Of a DNA stretch of 64,000 nt, positions 1-12,600 are shown in pieces. The stretch covers positions 372,001 through 436,000 of the forward strand of contig NW_027361883.1 in the NCBI RefSeq assembly GCF_039654945.1, in the 5' to 3' direction. Position 1 is the first letter of the stretch; each line of letters opens with the position of its first letter. Under the pieces are notes generated by a model that saw only the letters and a program-made list of their open reading frames with translations, was not told where the DNA came from and searched no databases. The stretch comes from Dendrobates tinctorius. Taxonomy: Eukaryota. Made by a program: the position numbers and the translations under genes.

Positions 1-11
1 TGCTCCAGAAG

Positions 12-1386
12 GTGCGAAGACTGTGCGCGCACATCCGCCGGTCGCCTGTACACTCCGTTCGTATGCAGAAGCTGCAGCGATTGCTCCACCTTCCCAACCA
101 CCGCCTCATTATCGACATTGCAACAAGGTGGAACTCCACCCTGCACATGGTGGAGCGGCTGTGCGAGCAGAGGCAGGCCATAATGCATTTGTGGGAGGAT
201 ACACGGCCAGGCACTTTGAGAGCAGACATGGAGTTGACAGGTGTGCAGTGGTCGAAGCTGAAAGACCTCTGTAAAGTCCTTCAATGTTTTGAGGAATGCA
301 CACGGCTGGTAAGCGCAGACGACGCCATCCTAAGCATGAGCATCCCACTTATGCGTCTGCTCATGCAAACTTTGACGCACCTTAAGGAGCAGGCGTCTGC
401 AGCCAATGTTGATGAGGAGGAAGAGGAGGAGGGAATCCTTGATGACATTCAGCCATTGTCTGCTCAGGGACCTCTCCTGGACGAGGTGGAGGAAGAAGAG
501 GAGGAGGAGGAGGATGATGGGGATGATTACTTAGGGGAGGAGGATGCATCTCGTGGGGCAAGTGAAAATGTTGGCGTGGCAAGGTCTGGTACAGGGTTTG
601 TGCGTGACTGGAGGGATGTGGATTTGCCAGAAAGTGCTCCTCCAACCAGCACTTGCAGTGCATCATTGACACCGGGAACATTGGCCCACATGTCAGATTA
701 TGCCTTGCAGATCCTAAAAAGGGACCCCCGCATTGCCAAAATGATGAACGATGACGACTACTGGTTGGCCAGCATCCTGGATCCACGCTATAAAGGCAAA
801 TTACAAAACATCATGCCACAGGAGAACCTTGACCTAATATTGGCTAATAAACAAGCAACTCTGGTAAATCGGTTGCTTGAGGCATTCCCAGCACACAGCA
901 GCGGTGATGGTTCTCACACGAGCCGTACGGGCCGGGGGCAGCTTGGCAGAGGTGTTCATGGTGCACACAGCAGAAGTGGCGTTGGAGACGGGTTTCATGA
1001 CAATGTTGTGGACTGATTTTTCAAATACCGCTCACACAACTGGTAATACTGCATCGATGGAAAGTGACAGGAGACAGCAGTTGTCAACCATGGTTACAAA
1101 CTACTTTTCCTCCCATATCGATGTTCTCCCACACAGGTCATTCCCCTTTGACTATTGGGCCGCTAAACTGGACACCTGGCCTGAATTGGCACAATATGCC
1201 TTACAGGGGCTCGCTTGCCCAGCTGCAAGTGTGCTATCGGAAAGAGTCTTCAGTGCAGCTGGATCAATCCTGACAGAAAAAAGGACCCGTCTGTCAACCC
1301 AAAATGTGGATGATCTAACCTTCATTAAAATGAACCATGCATGGGTTTCCAAGGATTTTGTCCCACCTTCCCCTGATGACACATAG
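12..1386 (+). pseudogene. hAT (ZBED-like) transposase, partial, one frameshift at ~985-995
   Basis: ORF 12-1016 has DIATRWNSTLHMVERL and ASILDPRYK. ORF 877-1386 has the hAT C-terminal dimerisation domain (FDYW...WPELAQYALQGLACPAASVLSERVFSAAG...RTRLS...LTFIKMN). The frames join near GVG/GFMTMLW. Confidence 0.92.
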
Positions 1387-1601
1387 GGTGACAGAAAAAT
1401 GGCTTGCTTTGGTCCACCTCTTCCTGGGACTTGACCTATTTCGCCTTTTGCATCAGCTGAATGTCCAACATCAACATATGCCACTTTCTAAAACTCCCTA
1501 ACTGTGCTGCCTCCCCCCCATGGCCGGGGTCACCACCTAGCGCACGACACCGTGCGAGTGCCGTTGCCCTGGACAGGTGGGTAGGCCGACTCTTGGGCGC
1601 G

Positions 1602-1709
1602 GGCACTGGCACAGGGTCCCTCATAGTGCAATCAAGTGTCTCTGACGGTGGTGGTGCACATCCGCCGTCAGACACACCGCTGTACTATGAGGGGCCCAGT
1701 GCCAGTACC
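1602..1709. repeat. Imperfect inverted repeat (~50-bp arms); right arm repeated directly at ~3193-3290
   Basis: GGCACTGGCACAGGGTCCCTCATAGT...CTGACGGTGG (1602-1651) is reverse-complementary to CCGCCGTCAG...ACTATGAGGGGCCCAGTGCCAGTACC (1662-1709). Confidence 0.85.
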
Positions 1710-1805
1710 GACGCCCACGAGTGGGCCCCCCTTGCTTGGGCAGGGCCCCAGCATTTGCAATCTTTACCTCTCCCTGCTCCTCCGCTGTGTAATCTGGGCC
1801 GTCAA

Positions 1806-2312
1806 ATCCATACTGTGCCTGACACCATCTGAGCCTGCCTCCTGAGACATATATTTTGAATGTGTACGCTATCCATACATGTTATCCGGGGATACGGTAC
1901 CCTTTCTAACCTTTGTGCAATCACGTGCAATCCATACTGGGCCTAACACCGTCTGAGCCTGCCTCCTGAGACATATATTTTGAATGTGTACGCTATCCAT
2001 ACATGTTATCCGGGGATACGGTACCCTTTCTAACCTTTGTGCAATCACGTGCAATCCATACTGGGCCTAACACCGTCTGAGCCTGCCTCCTGAGACATAT
2101 ATTTTGAATGTGTACGCTATCCATACATGTTATCCGGGTTTACGGTACCCTTTCTAACCTTTGTGCAATCACGTGCAATCCATACTGGGCCTAACACCGT
2201 CTGAGCCTGCCTCCTGAGACATATATTTTGAATGTGTACGCTATCCATACATGTTATCTGGGGATACGGTACCCTTTCTAACCTTTGTGCAATCACGTGT
2301 AATCCATACTGG
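1806..2312. repeat. Tandem repeat, 4 x 124 bp, inside the hAT 3' arm
   Basis: GAGCCTGCCTCCTGAGAC recurs at 1831, 1955, 2079 and 2203; copies are nearly identical. Confidence 0.95.
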
Positions 2313-2423
2313 GCGTGAGAACGGCTGGCGAGCTGTTAAGCAAGCTACAGCACCTGTGGTTTGCACACGTAAGTTTTTCATTTTTTCAGGAATGACGGTT
2401 AGGCCTAATTCCGGAACTGCAGT

Positions 2424-2754
2424 TGACCTGCACTTACTGGGAAATCATTGTTCGCGGGTAATAATTGTAATCAGTGATCCCCATCACTAACGTTGTTCAG
2501 CGGGTTATCTGCACCTGTAAGCTACAAACGCTGGCCCTTTCAGTGTAGTGCACATGCAGCCACGGACATGTAAGGGCATGACACACCAGTTATTGGCCAA
2601 TCTCATGTGCCACAGCCTCACGTGTCCCTCTAGTAAGCCGGACTCGGACCGCGGGGCATGACGGAGTCTCGTTCGTTAACGGAATTAAGCTTGCAATGTG
2701 TGCATCTGTTCTGTAGCTGGCATGGTTGAGGTTGCCCATGTTGAGTCAAATTAC

Positions 2755-2785
<31 letters not shown>

Positions 2786-2900
2786 TGGACATTCCTTTAA
2801 GGTTCAGCTTTGCAACCATACTGCCCACGTAAAACAAACACTTTGCCTTCATGAACGCTGTTTGGAGGGTCATGACTCGTGGGAATAACGCCGCCCAATC
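2424..2900 (-). pseudogene. Degenerate 18S rRNA-derived fragment (3' half of SSU rRNA) within the hAT element
   Basis: The plus strand matches the 18S reverse complement colinearly: GCACTTACTGGGAA, GATCCCCATCAC, CAGTGTAG...GGACATGTAAGGGCAT, GAGTCTCGTTCGTTA.CGGAATTAA, TGTTGAGTCAAATTA.GCCG.AGGCTCCACTCCTGGTGGTGCCCTTC, TTCAGCTTTGCAACCATACT, GGGAATAACGCCGCC. It carries substitutions and internal deletions. Confidence 0.9.
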
Positions 2901-3434
2901 AGTTAACCTGCTAGAGAGATCGTTCGTTGCTCCCAAGCATGACATCACACTCCCTAGGAGGAAGGTAATGCCACTGTGGCGATCGTACTCCTGGGGGCGA
3001 CACAAGTGCACTGATGCCCAGCCACTGCTCGATGAATCTGCTGGTACATTGACCCAGACCACTACATTCCCCTCGCACGCTACATGGCCTGAATCTGACC
3101 CTGATGAAACTCAGGTTACCCTTCCCATATACAGTTCCATCTTACACGGTGACAAAGAGGAAGCTGCAGATGAAAGTGCAGGTTCAGCCCACCCGCCATC
3201 AGACACACCACCATACTATCAGGGGCCCTGTGCCAGTGCCGTCGCCAATGAGTGGGCCCCCCCTGCTTGCCCAGGATCACAGCACTTGCAAGGTTGAAAT
3301 ACTGTGCAGTGAGATGGAAGATGGGGACGACGAGGAGTCCAGACTAGTACAGGGATTCCCTAGCGAGGAGACTTATTTGATTGTTTTCAATGTTGGGACA
3401 GCAATTTTTGGGGAGCACTATGGAGAATGATAGA

Positions 3435-3700
3435 TGGGGCCCACCATACACTGGAACATTCCAAAGGTGGACATCAGACACTGGAGCAGCATTTACAGGG
3501 CCCATTATACACTAGAGCATTAGAAATGGGGCCCATTATGTTTGGAGCATTATTTGGGCCCATAAGACAGTGGAGCTTCATCCATGGGGACCAACATATA
3601 CTGTAGCATTATGTGGAGCTCATCATATACTGTTTCAAACATTATATGGGACCAATGATTCTGTATGGAGAAATAGATGGGCCTCGTCATGAGCTGTAAA
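3435..3700. repeat. Degenerate ~30-bp minisatellite (GGGCCCAT...ACACTGGAGCATTA)
   Basis: About 7-8 diverged copies visible by eye. Confidence 0.6.
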
Positions 3701-4869
3701 AAGTGAAGTATTTTTCATTGTACTATACCGCTATTTCTCTGCCGTATCGGAGCATGATGAGTTGTGGTATGTGTTAAAGGGGCGCTCTTTCGCCCAGGGC
3801 ACATGAAAACCTGGAGCCAGCCCCCCCCCCACAACTTTAGCCAAATAACCCCCATTTTTCAGTGCGTAACTTGTATTATGAAGTTAATTAAGGTTGACAA
3901 GCTTAAGTAAGAAGAATTGATGCTTTTGGCATTCAAATGGGGACTGTAGGTGTGTTTCCTGTCCTCCTCTCACTGCCGACTTTTATTCCCCATTGACTTA
4001 CATTGGGTTTCGTGTTTCGGGACGACCCCGACTTTTCCCTATAATCGGACGATCTTGCTCGACCCGACTTTTGGAAAAGTCGGGTTTCACGAAACGAAAC
4101 GCGACCCTAAAAAACCAAAAGTCGCTCAACTCTGCTCTGGACATTATTGTGCTACTTGGGTTTTCTGTGTCAGGATGACACCTCATTGTGAGCTGATCCC
4201 AGATAATTATTTATTGGGCATTCTTGTTCCTACACTTTACCCTCGTGCAGACCTGAGACTTCTCACAGCTGAGCATTTTCTCGAATCGCATGACAGTAGC
4301 ATACGTCCATGGTGGCAGACAACTGGCCTCCTATTAGAATCACGGTGGAAGGTGGAATTGCTTCGCCTACTTCTCTACACATTTATAAGGGGTTCCTACC
4401 GCTGCCACTGGGGGGCTCTCATTGTGCATACCATGGCTTTGTGGTCTGTATTAGCTGTACACATCATATGCTCAGAGCTCCCCCTAGTGGTGGCTGGTGG
4501 CAGGAGGGATGTAATAATTTACTAACACAAGCCTCATATTTATGAAGCCCCCGAGACACTTACTCTACAACTATGTCACTCCGAGTTCCAACTATTAAAA
4601 AATGGGACAGAAAAACAAGCCAGGTCCAACAATGTGACAGTAACAGACATTAATCGGGGGCAGGACGACTTCTGAATCATTCTACAGGGCGTATAATTTC
4701 TGTACACCCCCATGGTAGCATTGGAACAAGCTATCAGGACACAAAGGAAATCTGTACTGTTGACTTGTATAGTATACAGAATGTGATGGAATAAGCCACT
4801 GCAGACTGAAGATCTACATCATTTTTGTGTCTTTTTTCCCTTTTGTTTTTCTTTCCTGTTTCCCATCAT

Positions 4870-6622
4870 GCGTTTATTTTCTGTGCTATCCTTTTTTCTT
4901 ATGTGTGTCCTCTCTCTTTCTTTTCTGTGCTCTCCTTTTTTCTTATGTGTGTCCTCACTCTTTATTTTCTCTGCTCTCCTTTTTTCTTATGTGTGTCCTC
5001 ACTCTTTCTTTTCTGGGCTCTCCTTTTTTCTTATGTGTGTCCTCACTCTTTATTTTCTGTGCACTCCTTTTTTCTTATGTGTGTCCTCACTCTTTCTTTT
5101 CTGTGCTCTCCTTTTTTCTTGTGTGTCCTCACTCTTTATTTTCTATGCTCTCCTTTTTTCTTGTGTGTGCTCACTCTTTCTTTTCTGTGCTCCCCTTTGT
5201 TCTTATGTGTGTCCTCACTCTTTCTTTTCTGGGCTCTCCTTTTTTCTTATGTGTGTCCTCACTCTTTATTTTCTGTGCACTCCTTTTTTCTTATGTGTGT
5301 CCTCACTCTTTCTTTTCTGTGCTCTCCTTTTTTCTTGTGTGTCCTCACTCTTTATTTTCTATGCTCTCCTTTTTTCTTGTGTGTGCTCACTCTTTCTTTT
5401 CTGTGCTCCCCTTTGTTCTTATGTGTGTCCTCACTCTTTCTTTTCTGGGCTCTCCTTTTTTTCTTATGTGTGTCCTCACTCTTTATTTTCTGTGCTCTCC
5501 TTTTTTCTTATGTGTGTCCTCACTCTTTATTTTCTTTATTTTATATCTGAAACTGAACCTGTCAAAGACTGAACTCCTTGTGTTTCCTCCCGCTACTAAT
5601 GTACCTATACCCGACATTGCCATTTCCGTCTGTGGTTCCACTATTACTCCCCAGCAACATGCCCGCTGTCTTGGGGTCATACTTGATTCCGAGCTTTCCT
5701 TTGCCCCCCACATTCGATCACTGGCTCGCTCTTGTCATCTGCACCTCAAAAACATTTCTAGAATTCGACCTTTTCTTACTTTTGACTCTGCAAAAACTCT
5801 TACTGTTTCTCTTATTCATTCTCGTCTCGACTATTGTAACTCTCTTCTAATCGGTCTCCCTCTTACCTAACTCTCCCCTCTCCAATCTGTCTTGAATGCT
5901 GCAGCCAGGATCATATTCCTCACCAATCGTTACACCGATGCCTCTACCTTGTGTCATTACACTGGCTACCCATCCACTCCAGAATTCAGTATAAACTTAT
6001 TACCCTCACCCACAAAGCCCTCCATGGCTCAGCACCACCCTACATCTCCTCCCTTGTTTCAGTATACCACCCTACCCGCGTCCTCCGTTCTGCTGATGAC
6101 CTGAGGTTAGTATCCTCAATAGTCAGAACCTCCCACTCCCGTCTCCAAGACTTTACACGTGCCGCGCCAATTCTTTGGAATGCACTTCCCAGGTCAATAC
6201 GATTAGTCCCCAATCCCCACAATTTTAAGCGTGTCCTGAAAACGCATTTATTCAGACTGGCCTATCGCCTCAACACATTAACCTAACCTATCCCTGTGTG
6301 GCAGAGCCAAAAGTTTTACCATAACCAGGTTCCCAGCATCATGTTCCCACATGCTTTATGCATCCATTATCCCTCTGTGTCTGTACTGTTACACACCTAA
6401 CATTATGGCTGGTCCATACAATCAGGGCAACTGTTACCACCCACCTTTCGTGTCCACCTCTTTCCTCATAGACTGTAAGCTTGCGAGCAGGGCCCTCACT
6501 CCTCTTGGTATTTGTTATAATCTACTGTATGTGATTATTGTTATGCTGTAATGTCTATTGTCTGTACAAATCCCCTCCGAAATGTAAAGTGCTGCGGAAT
6601 ATGTCGGCGCTATAAAAATAAA

Positions 6623-6653
<31 letters not shown>

Positions 6654-9600
6654 CTGTGCTCCCCTTTTTTCTTATGTGTGTCCTCACTCTTTATTTTCTG
6701 TGCTCTCCTTTATTCTTATGTGTGTCCTCACTATTTATTTTCTGTGCTCTCCTTTTTTCTTATGTGTGTCCTCACTCTATTTTCTCTGCTCTCCTTTTTT
6801 CTTATGTGTGTCCTCACTCTTTCTTTTCTGTGCTCTCCTTTTTTCTTATGTGTGCCCTCACTCTTTATTTTCTGTGCTCTCCTTTTTTCTCATGTGTGTC
6901 CTCACTCTTTATTTTCTGTGCTCTCCTTTTTTCTTATGTGTGTCCTCACTCTTTATTTTCTGTGCTCTCCTTTTTTCTTATGTGTGTCCTCACTCTTTAT
7001 TTTCTGTGCTCTCCTTTTTTCTTGTGTGTCCTCACTCTTTATTTTCTCTGCTCTCCTTTTTTCTTATGTGTGTCCTCACTCTTTATTTTCTGTGCTTCCC
7101 TTTTTTCTTATGTGTGTCCTCACTCTTTATTTTCTGTGCTCTCCTTTATTCTTATGTGTGTCCTCACTTTTTATTTTCTGTGCTCTCCTTTTTTCTTATT
7201 TGTGTACTCACTCTTTATTTTCTCTGCTCTCCTTTTTTCTTATGTGTGTCCTCACTCTTTATTTTCTGTGCACTCCTTTTTTCTTGTGTGTCCTCACTCT
7301 TTATTTTCTCTGCTCTCCTTTTTTCTTATGTGTGTCCTCACTCTTTATTTTCTGTGCTCCCCTTTTTTCTTATGTGTGTCCTCACTCTTTATTTTCTGTG
7401 CTCTCCTTTATTCTTATGTGTGTCCTCACTCTTTATTTTCTCTGCTCTCCTTTTTTCTTATGTGTGTCCTCACTCTTTATTTTCTCTGCTCTCCTTTTTT
7501 CTTGTGTGTCCTCACTCTTTATTTTCTCTGCTCTCCTTTTTTCTTATGTGTGTCCTCACTCTTTCTTTTCTGTGCTCTCCTTTTTTCTTGTGTGTCCTCA
7601 CTCTTTATTTTCTATGCTCTCCTTTTTTCTTGTGTGTCCTCACTCTTTATTTTCTGTGCACTCCTTTTTTCTTATGTGTGTCCTCACTCTTTCTTTTGTG
7701 GGCTCTCCTTTTTTCTTATGTGTGTCCTCACACTTTATTTTCTGTGCACTCCTTTCTTCTTATGTGTGTCCTCACTCTTTATTTTCTGTGCACTCCTTTT
7801 TTCTTATGTGTGTCCTCACTCTTTATTTTCTCTGCTCTCCTTTTTTCTCATGTGTGTCCTCACTCTTTATTTTCTGTGCTCTCCTTTTTTCTTGTGTGTC
7901 CTCACTCTTTATTTTCTATGCTCTCCTTTTTTCTTGTGTGTCCTCACTCTTTATTTTCTGTGCACTCCTTTTTTCTTATGTGTGTCCTCACTCTTTCTTT
8001 TGTGGGCTCTCCTTTTTTCTTATGTGTGTCCTCACTCTTTATTTTCTGTGCACTCCTTTTTTCTTATGTGTGTCCTCACTCTTTATTTTCTGTGCACTCC
8101 TTTTTTCTTATGTGTGTCCTCACTCTTTATTTTCTGTGCACTCCTTTTTTCTTATGTGTGTCCTCACTCTTTCTTTTCTGGGCTCTCCTTTTTTCTTATG
8201 TGTGTCCTCTTTATTTTCTCTGCTCTCCTTTTTTCTTATGTGTGTCCTCACTCTTTCTTTTGTGGGCTCTCCTTTTTTCTTATGTGTGTCCTCACTCTTT
8301 ATTTTCTGTGCACTCCTTTTTTCTTATGTGTGTCCTCACTCTTTATTTTCTGTGCACTCCTTTTTTCTTATGTGTGTCCTCACTCTTTATTTTCTGTGCA
8401 CTCCTTTTTTCTTATGTGTGTCCTCACTCTTTCTTTTCTGTGCTCTCCTTTTTTCTTATGTGTGTCCTCACTCTTTCTTTTCTGGGCTCTCCTTTTTTCT
8501 TGTGTGTCCTCACTCTTTCTTTTCTATGTTCTCCTTTTTCTTATGTGTGTCCTCACTCTTTCTTTTCTGGGCTCTCCTTTTTTCTTGTGTGTCCTCACTC
8601 TTTCTTTTCTGTGCTCTCCTTTTTTCTTGTGTGTCCTCACTCCTTATTTTCTCTGCTCTCCATTTTTCTTATGTGTGTCCTCACTCTTTATTTTCTGTGC
8701 TCTCCTTTTTTCTTATGTGTGTCCTCACTCTTTATTTTCTCTGCTCTCCTTTTTTCTTATGTGTGTCCTCGCTCTTTATTTTCTGTGCTCTCCTTTTTTC
8801 TTGTGTGTCCTCACTCTTTATTTTCTGTGCGCTCCTTTTTTCTTATGTGTGTCCTCACTCTTTATTTTCTGTGCTCTCCTTTTTTCTTGTGTGTGTCCTC
8901 ACTCTTTATTTTCTATGCTCTCCTTTTTTCTTATGTGTGTCCTTGCTCTTTATTTTCTGTGCTCTCCTTTTTTCTTATGTGTGTCCTCGCTCTTTATTTT
9001 CTGTGCTCTCCTTTTTTCTTGTGTGTCCTCACTCTTTATTTTCTCTGCTCTCCTTTTTTCTTATGTGTGTCCTCGCTCTTTATTTTCTGTGCTCTCCTTT
9101 TTTCTTGTGTGTCCTCACTCTTTCTTTTCTGTGCGCTCCTTTTTTATTATGTGTGTCCTCACTCTTTATTTTCTATGCTCTCCTTTTTTCTTATGTGTGT
9201 CCTCGCTCTTTATTTTCTGTGCTCTCCTTTTTTCTTGTGTGTCCTCACTCTTTATTTTCTCTGCTCTCCTTTTTTCTTGTGTGTGTCCTCGCTCTTTATT
9301 TTCTGTGCTCTCCTTTTTTCTTGTGTGTCCTCACTCTTTCTTTTCTGTGCTCTCCTTTTTTCTTATGTGTGCCCTCACTCTTTATTTTCTCTGCTCTCCT
9401 TTTTTCTTATGTGTGTCCTCGCTCTTTATTTTCTGTGCTCTCCTTTTTTCTTGTGTGTGTCCTCACTCTTTATTTTCTCTGCTCTCCTTTTTTCTTGTGT
9501 ATCCTCACTCTTTATTTTCTATGCTCTCCTTTTTTCTTATGTGTGTCCTCACTCTTTATTTTCTGTGCTCTCCTTTTTTCTTGTGTGTCCTCACTCTTTA

Positions 9601-12600
9601 TTTTCTATGCTCTCCTTTTTTCTTATGTGTGTCCTCACTCTTTCTTTTCTGGGCTCTCCTTTTTTCTTATGTGTGTCCTCGCTCTTTATTTTCTGTGCTC
9701 TCCTTTTTTCTTGTGTGTCCTCACTCTTTATTTTCTCTGCTCTCCTTTTTTCTTGTGTATCCTCACTCTTTATTTTCTATGCTCTCCTTTTTTCTTATGT
9801 GTGTCCTCACTCTTTATTTTCTGTGCTCTCCTTTTTTCTTGTGTGTCCTCACTCTTTATTTTCTATGCTCTCCTTTTTTCTTGTGTGTGTCCTCACTCTT
9901 TATTTTCTCTGCTCTCCTTTTTTCTTATGTGTGTCCTCGCTCTTTATTTTCTGTGCTCTCCTTTTTTCTTGTGTGTCCTCACTCTTTATTTTCTGTGCGC
10001 TCCTTTTTTCTTATGTGTGTCCTCACTCTTTATTTTCTGTGCTCTCCTTTTTTCTTATGTGTGTCCTCGCTCTTTATTTTCTGTGCTCTCCTTTTTTCTT
10101 GTGTGTCCTCACTCTTTATTTTCTGTGCACTCCTTTTTTCTTATGTGTGTCCTCACTCTTTATTTTCTGTGCTCTCCTTTTTTCTTATGTGTGTCCTCAC
10201 TCTTTATTTTCTGTGCTCTCCTTTTTTCTTGTGTGTCCTCACTCTTTATTTTCTCTGCTCTCCTTTTTTCTTATGTGTGTCCTCGCTCTTTATTTTCTGT
10301 GCTCTCCTTTTTTCTTGTGTGTCCTCACTCTTTATTTTCTGTGCGCTCCTTTTTTCTTATGTGTGTCCTCGCTCTTTATTTTCTGTGCTCTCCTTTTTTC
10401 TTGTGTGTCCTCACTCTTTATTTTCTCTGCTCTCCTTTTTTCTTATGTGTCCTCGCTCTTTATTTTCTGTGCTCTCCTTTTTTCTTGTGTGTCCTCACTC
10501 TTTATTTTCTGTGCGCTCCTTTTTTCTTATGTGTGTCCTCACTCTTTATTTTCTCTGCTCTCCTTTTTTCTTATGTGTGTCCTCGCTCTTTATTTTCTGT
10601 GCTCTCCTTTTTTCTTGTGTGTCCTCACTCTTTCTTTTCTGTGCGCTCCTTTTTTCTTATGTGTGTCCTCACTCTTTATTTTCTATGCTCTCCTTTTTTC
10701 TTATGTGTGTCCTCGCTCTTTATTTTCTGTGCTCTCCTTTTTTCTTATGTGTGTCCTCGCTCTTTATTTTCTGTGCTCTCCTTTTTTCTTGTGTGTCCTC
10801 ACTCTTTATTTTCTCTGCTCTCCTTTTTTCTTATGTGTGTCCTCGCTCTTTATTTTCTGTGCTCTCCTTTTTTCTTGTGTGTCCTCACTCTTTCTTTTCT
10901 GTGCTCTCCTATTTTCTTGTGTGCCCTCACTCTTTATTTTCTCTGCTCTCCTTTTTTCTTATGTGTGTCCTCGCTCTTTATTTTCTGTGCTCTCCTTTTT
11001 TCTTGTGTGTGTCCTCACTCTTTATTTTCTCTGCTCTCCTTTTTTCTTGTGTGTCCTCACTCTTTATTTTCTATGCTCTCCTTTTTTCTTATGTGTGTCC
11101 TCACTCTTTATTTTCTGTGCTCTCCTTTTTTCTTGTGTGTCCTCACTCTTTATTTTCTGTGCTCTCCTTTTTTCTTATGTGTGTCCTCACTCTTTCTTTT
11201 CTGGGCTCTCCTTTTTTCTTATGTGTGTCCTCGCTCTTTATTTTCTGTGCTCTCCTTTTTTCTTGTGTGTCCTCACTCTTTATTTTCTGTGCTCTCCTTT
11301 TTTCTTATGTGTGTCCTCGTTCTTTATTTTCTGTGCTCTCCTTTTTTCTTGTGTGTCCTCACTCTTTATTTTCTCTGCTCTCCTTTTTTCTTATGTGTGT
11401 CCTCGCTCTTTATTTTCTGTGCTCTCCTTTTTTCTTGTGTGTCCTCACTCTTTATTTTCTGTGCGCTCCTTTTTTCTTATGTGTGTCCTCACTCTTTATT
11501 TTCTGTGCTCTCCTTTTTTCTTGTGTGTGTCCTCACTCTTTATTTTCTATGCTCTCCTTTTTTCTTATGTGTGTCCTTGCTCTTTATTTTCTGTGCTCTC
11601 CTTTTTTCTTATGTGTGTCCTCGCTCTTTATTTTCTGTGCTCTCCTTTTTTCTTGTGTGTCCTCACTCTTTATTTTCTCTGCTCTCCTTTTTTCTTGTGT
11701 GTCCTCACTCTTTATTTTCTCTGCTCTCCTTTTTTCTTATGTGTGTCCTCGCTCTTTATTTTCTGTGCTCTCCTTTTTTCTTGTGTGTCCTCACTCTTTC
11801 TTTTCTGTGCTCTCCTTTTTTCTTATGTGTGCCCTCACTCTTTATTTTCTCTGCTCTCCTTTTTTCTTATGTGTGTCCTCGCTCTTTATTTTCTGTGCTC
11901 TCCTTTTTTCTTATGTGTGTCCTCACTCTTTATTTTCTGTGCTCTCCTTTTTTCTTGTGTGTCCTCACTCTTTATTTTCTATGCTCTCTTTTTTCTTATG
12001 TGTGTCCTCACTCTTTCTTTTCTGGGCTCTCCTTTATTCTTATGTGTGTCCTCGCTCTTTATTTTCTGTGCTCTCCTTTTTTCTTGTGTGTCCTCACTCT
12101 TTATTTTCTCTGCTCTCCTTTTTTCTTATGTGTGCCCTCACTCTTTATTTTCTCTGCTCTCCTTTTTTCTTGTGTGTCCTCACTCTTTCTTTTCTGTGCT
12201 CTCCTTTTTTCTTATTTTTTCTTATGTGTGCCCTCACTCTTTATTTTCTCTGCTCTCCTTTTTTCTTATGTGTGTCCTCGCTCTTTATTTTCTGTGCTCT
12301 CCTTTTTTCTTGTGTGTCCTCACTCTTTCTTTTCTGTGCGCTCCTTTTTTCTTATGTGTGTCCTCACTCTTTATTTTCTATGCTCTCCTTTTTTCTTATG
12401 TGTGTCCTCGCTCTTTATTTTCTGTGCTCTCCTTTTTTCTTATGTGTGTCCTCGCTCTTTATTTTCTGTGCTCTCCTTTTTTCTTGTGTGTCCTCACTCT
12501 TTATTTTCTCTGCTCTCCTTTTTTCTTATGTGTGTCCTCGCTCTTTATTTTCTGTGCTCTCCTTTTTTCTTGTGTGTCCTCACTCTTTCTTTTCTGTGCT

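Larger units (their letters stand above)
1..4134 (+). mobile_element. hAT-superfamily DNA transposon, 3' part (5' end outside window)
   Basis: Transposase C-terminal half at 12-1386, a long non-coding 3' arm, subterminal CCCGAC/CGAAAC repeats (~4000-4110) and a terminus ...GTCGCTCAACTCTG (reverse complement CAGAGTTGAGCGAC) resembling hAT TIRs. The TIR and TSD cannot be paired without the left end. Confidence 0.85.

Noticed and set aside
1806-2312. Faint resemblance of the 124-bp unit to antisense 18S (GCCTGC...TTTT.AA.GT..ACGCT)
   Set aside because: Too weak to claim by eye; needs a covariance-model search.
2424-2900. Functional rRNA gene
   Set aside because: Partial, internally deleted and mutated at conserved positions; no rDNA context.
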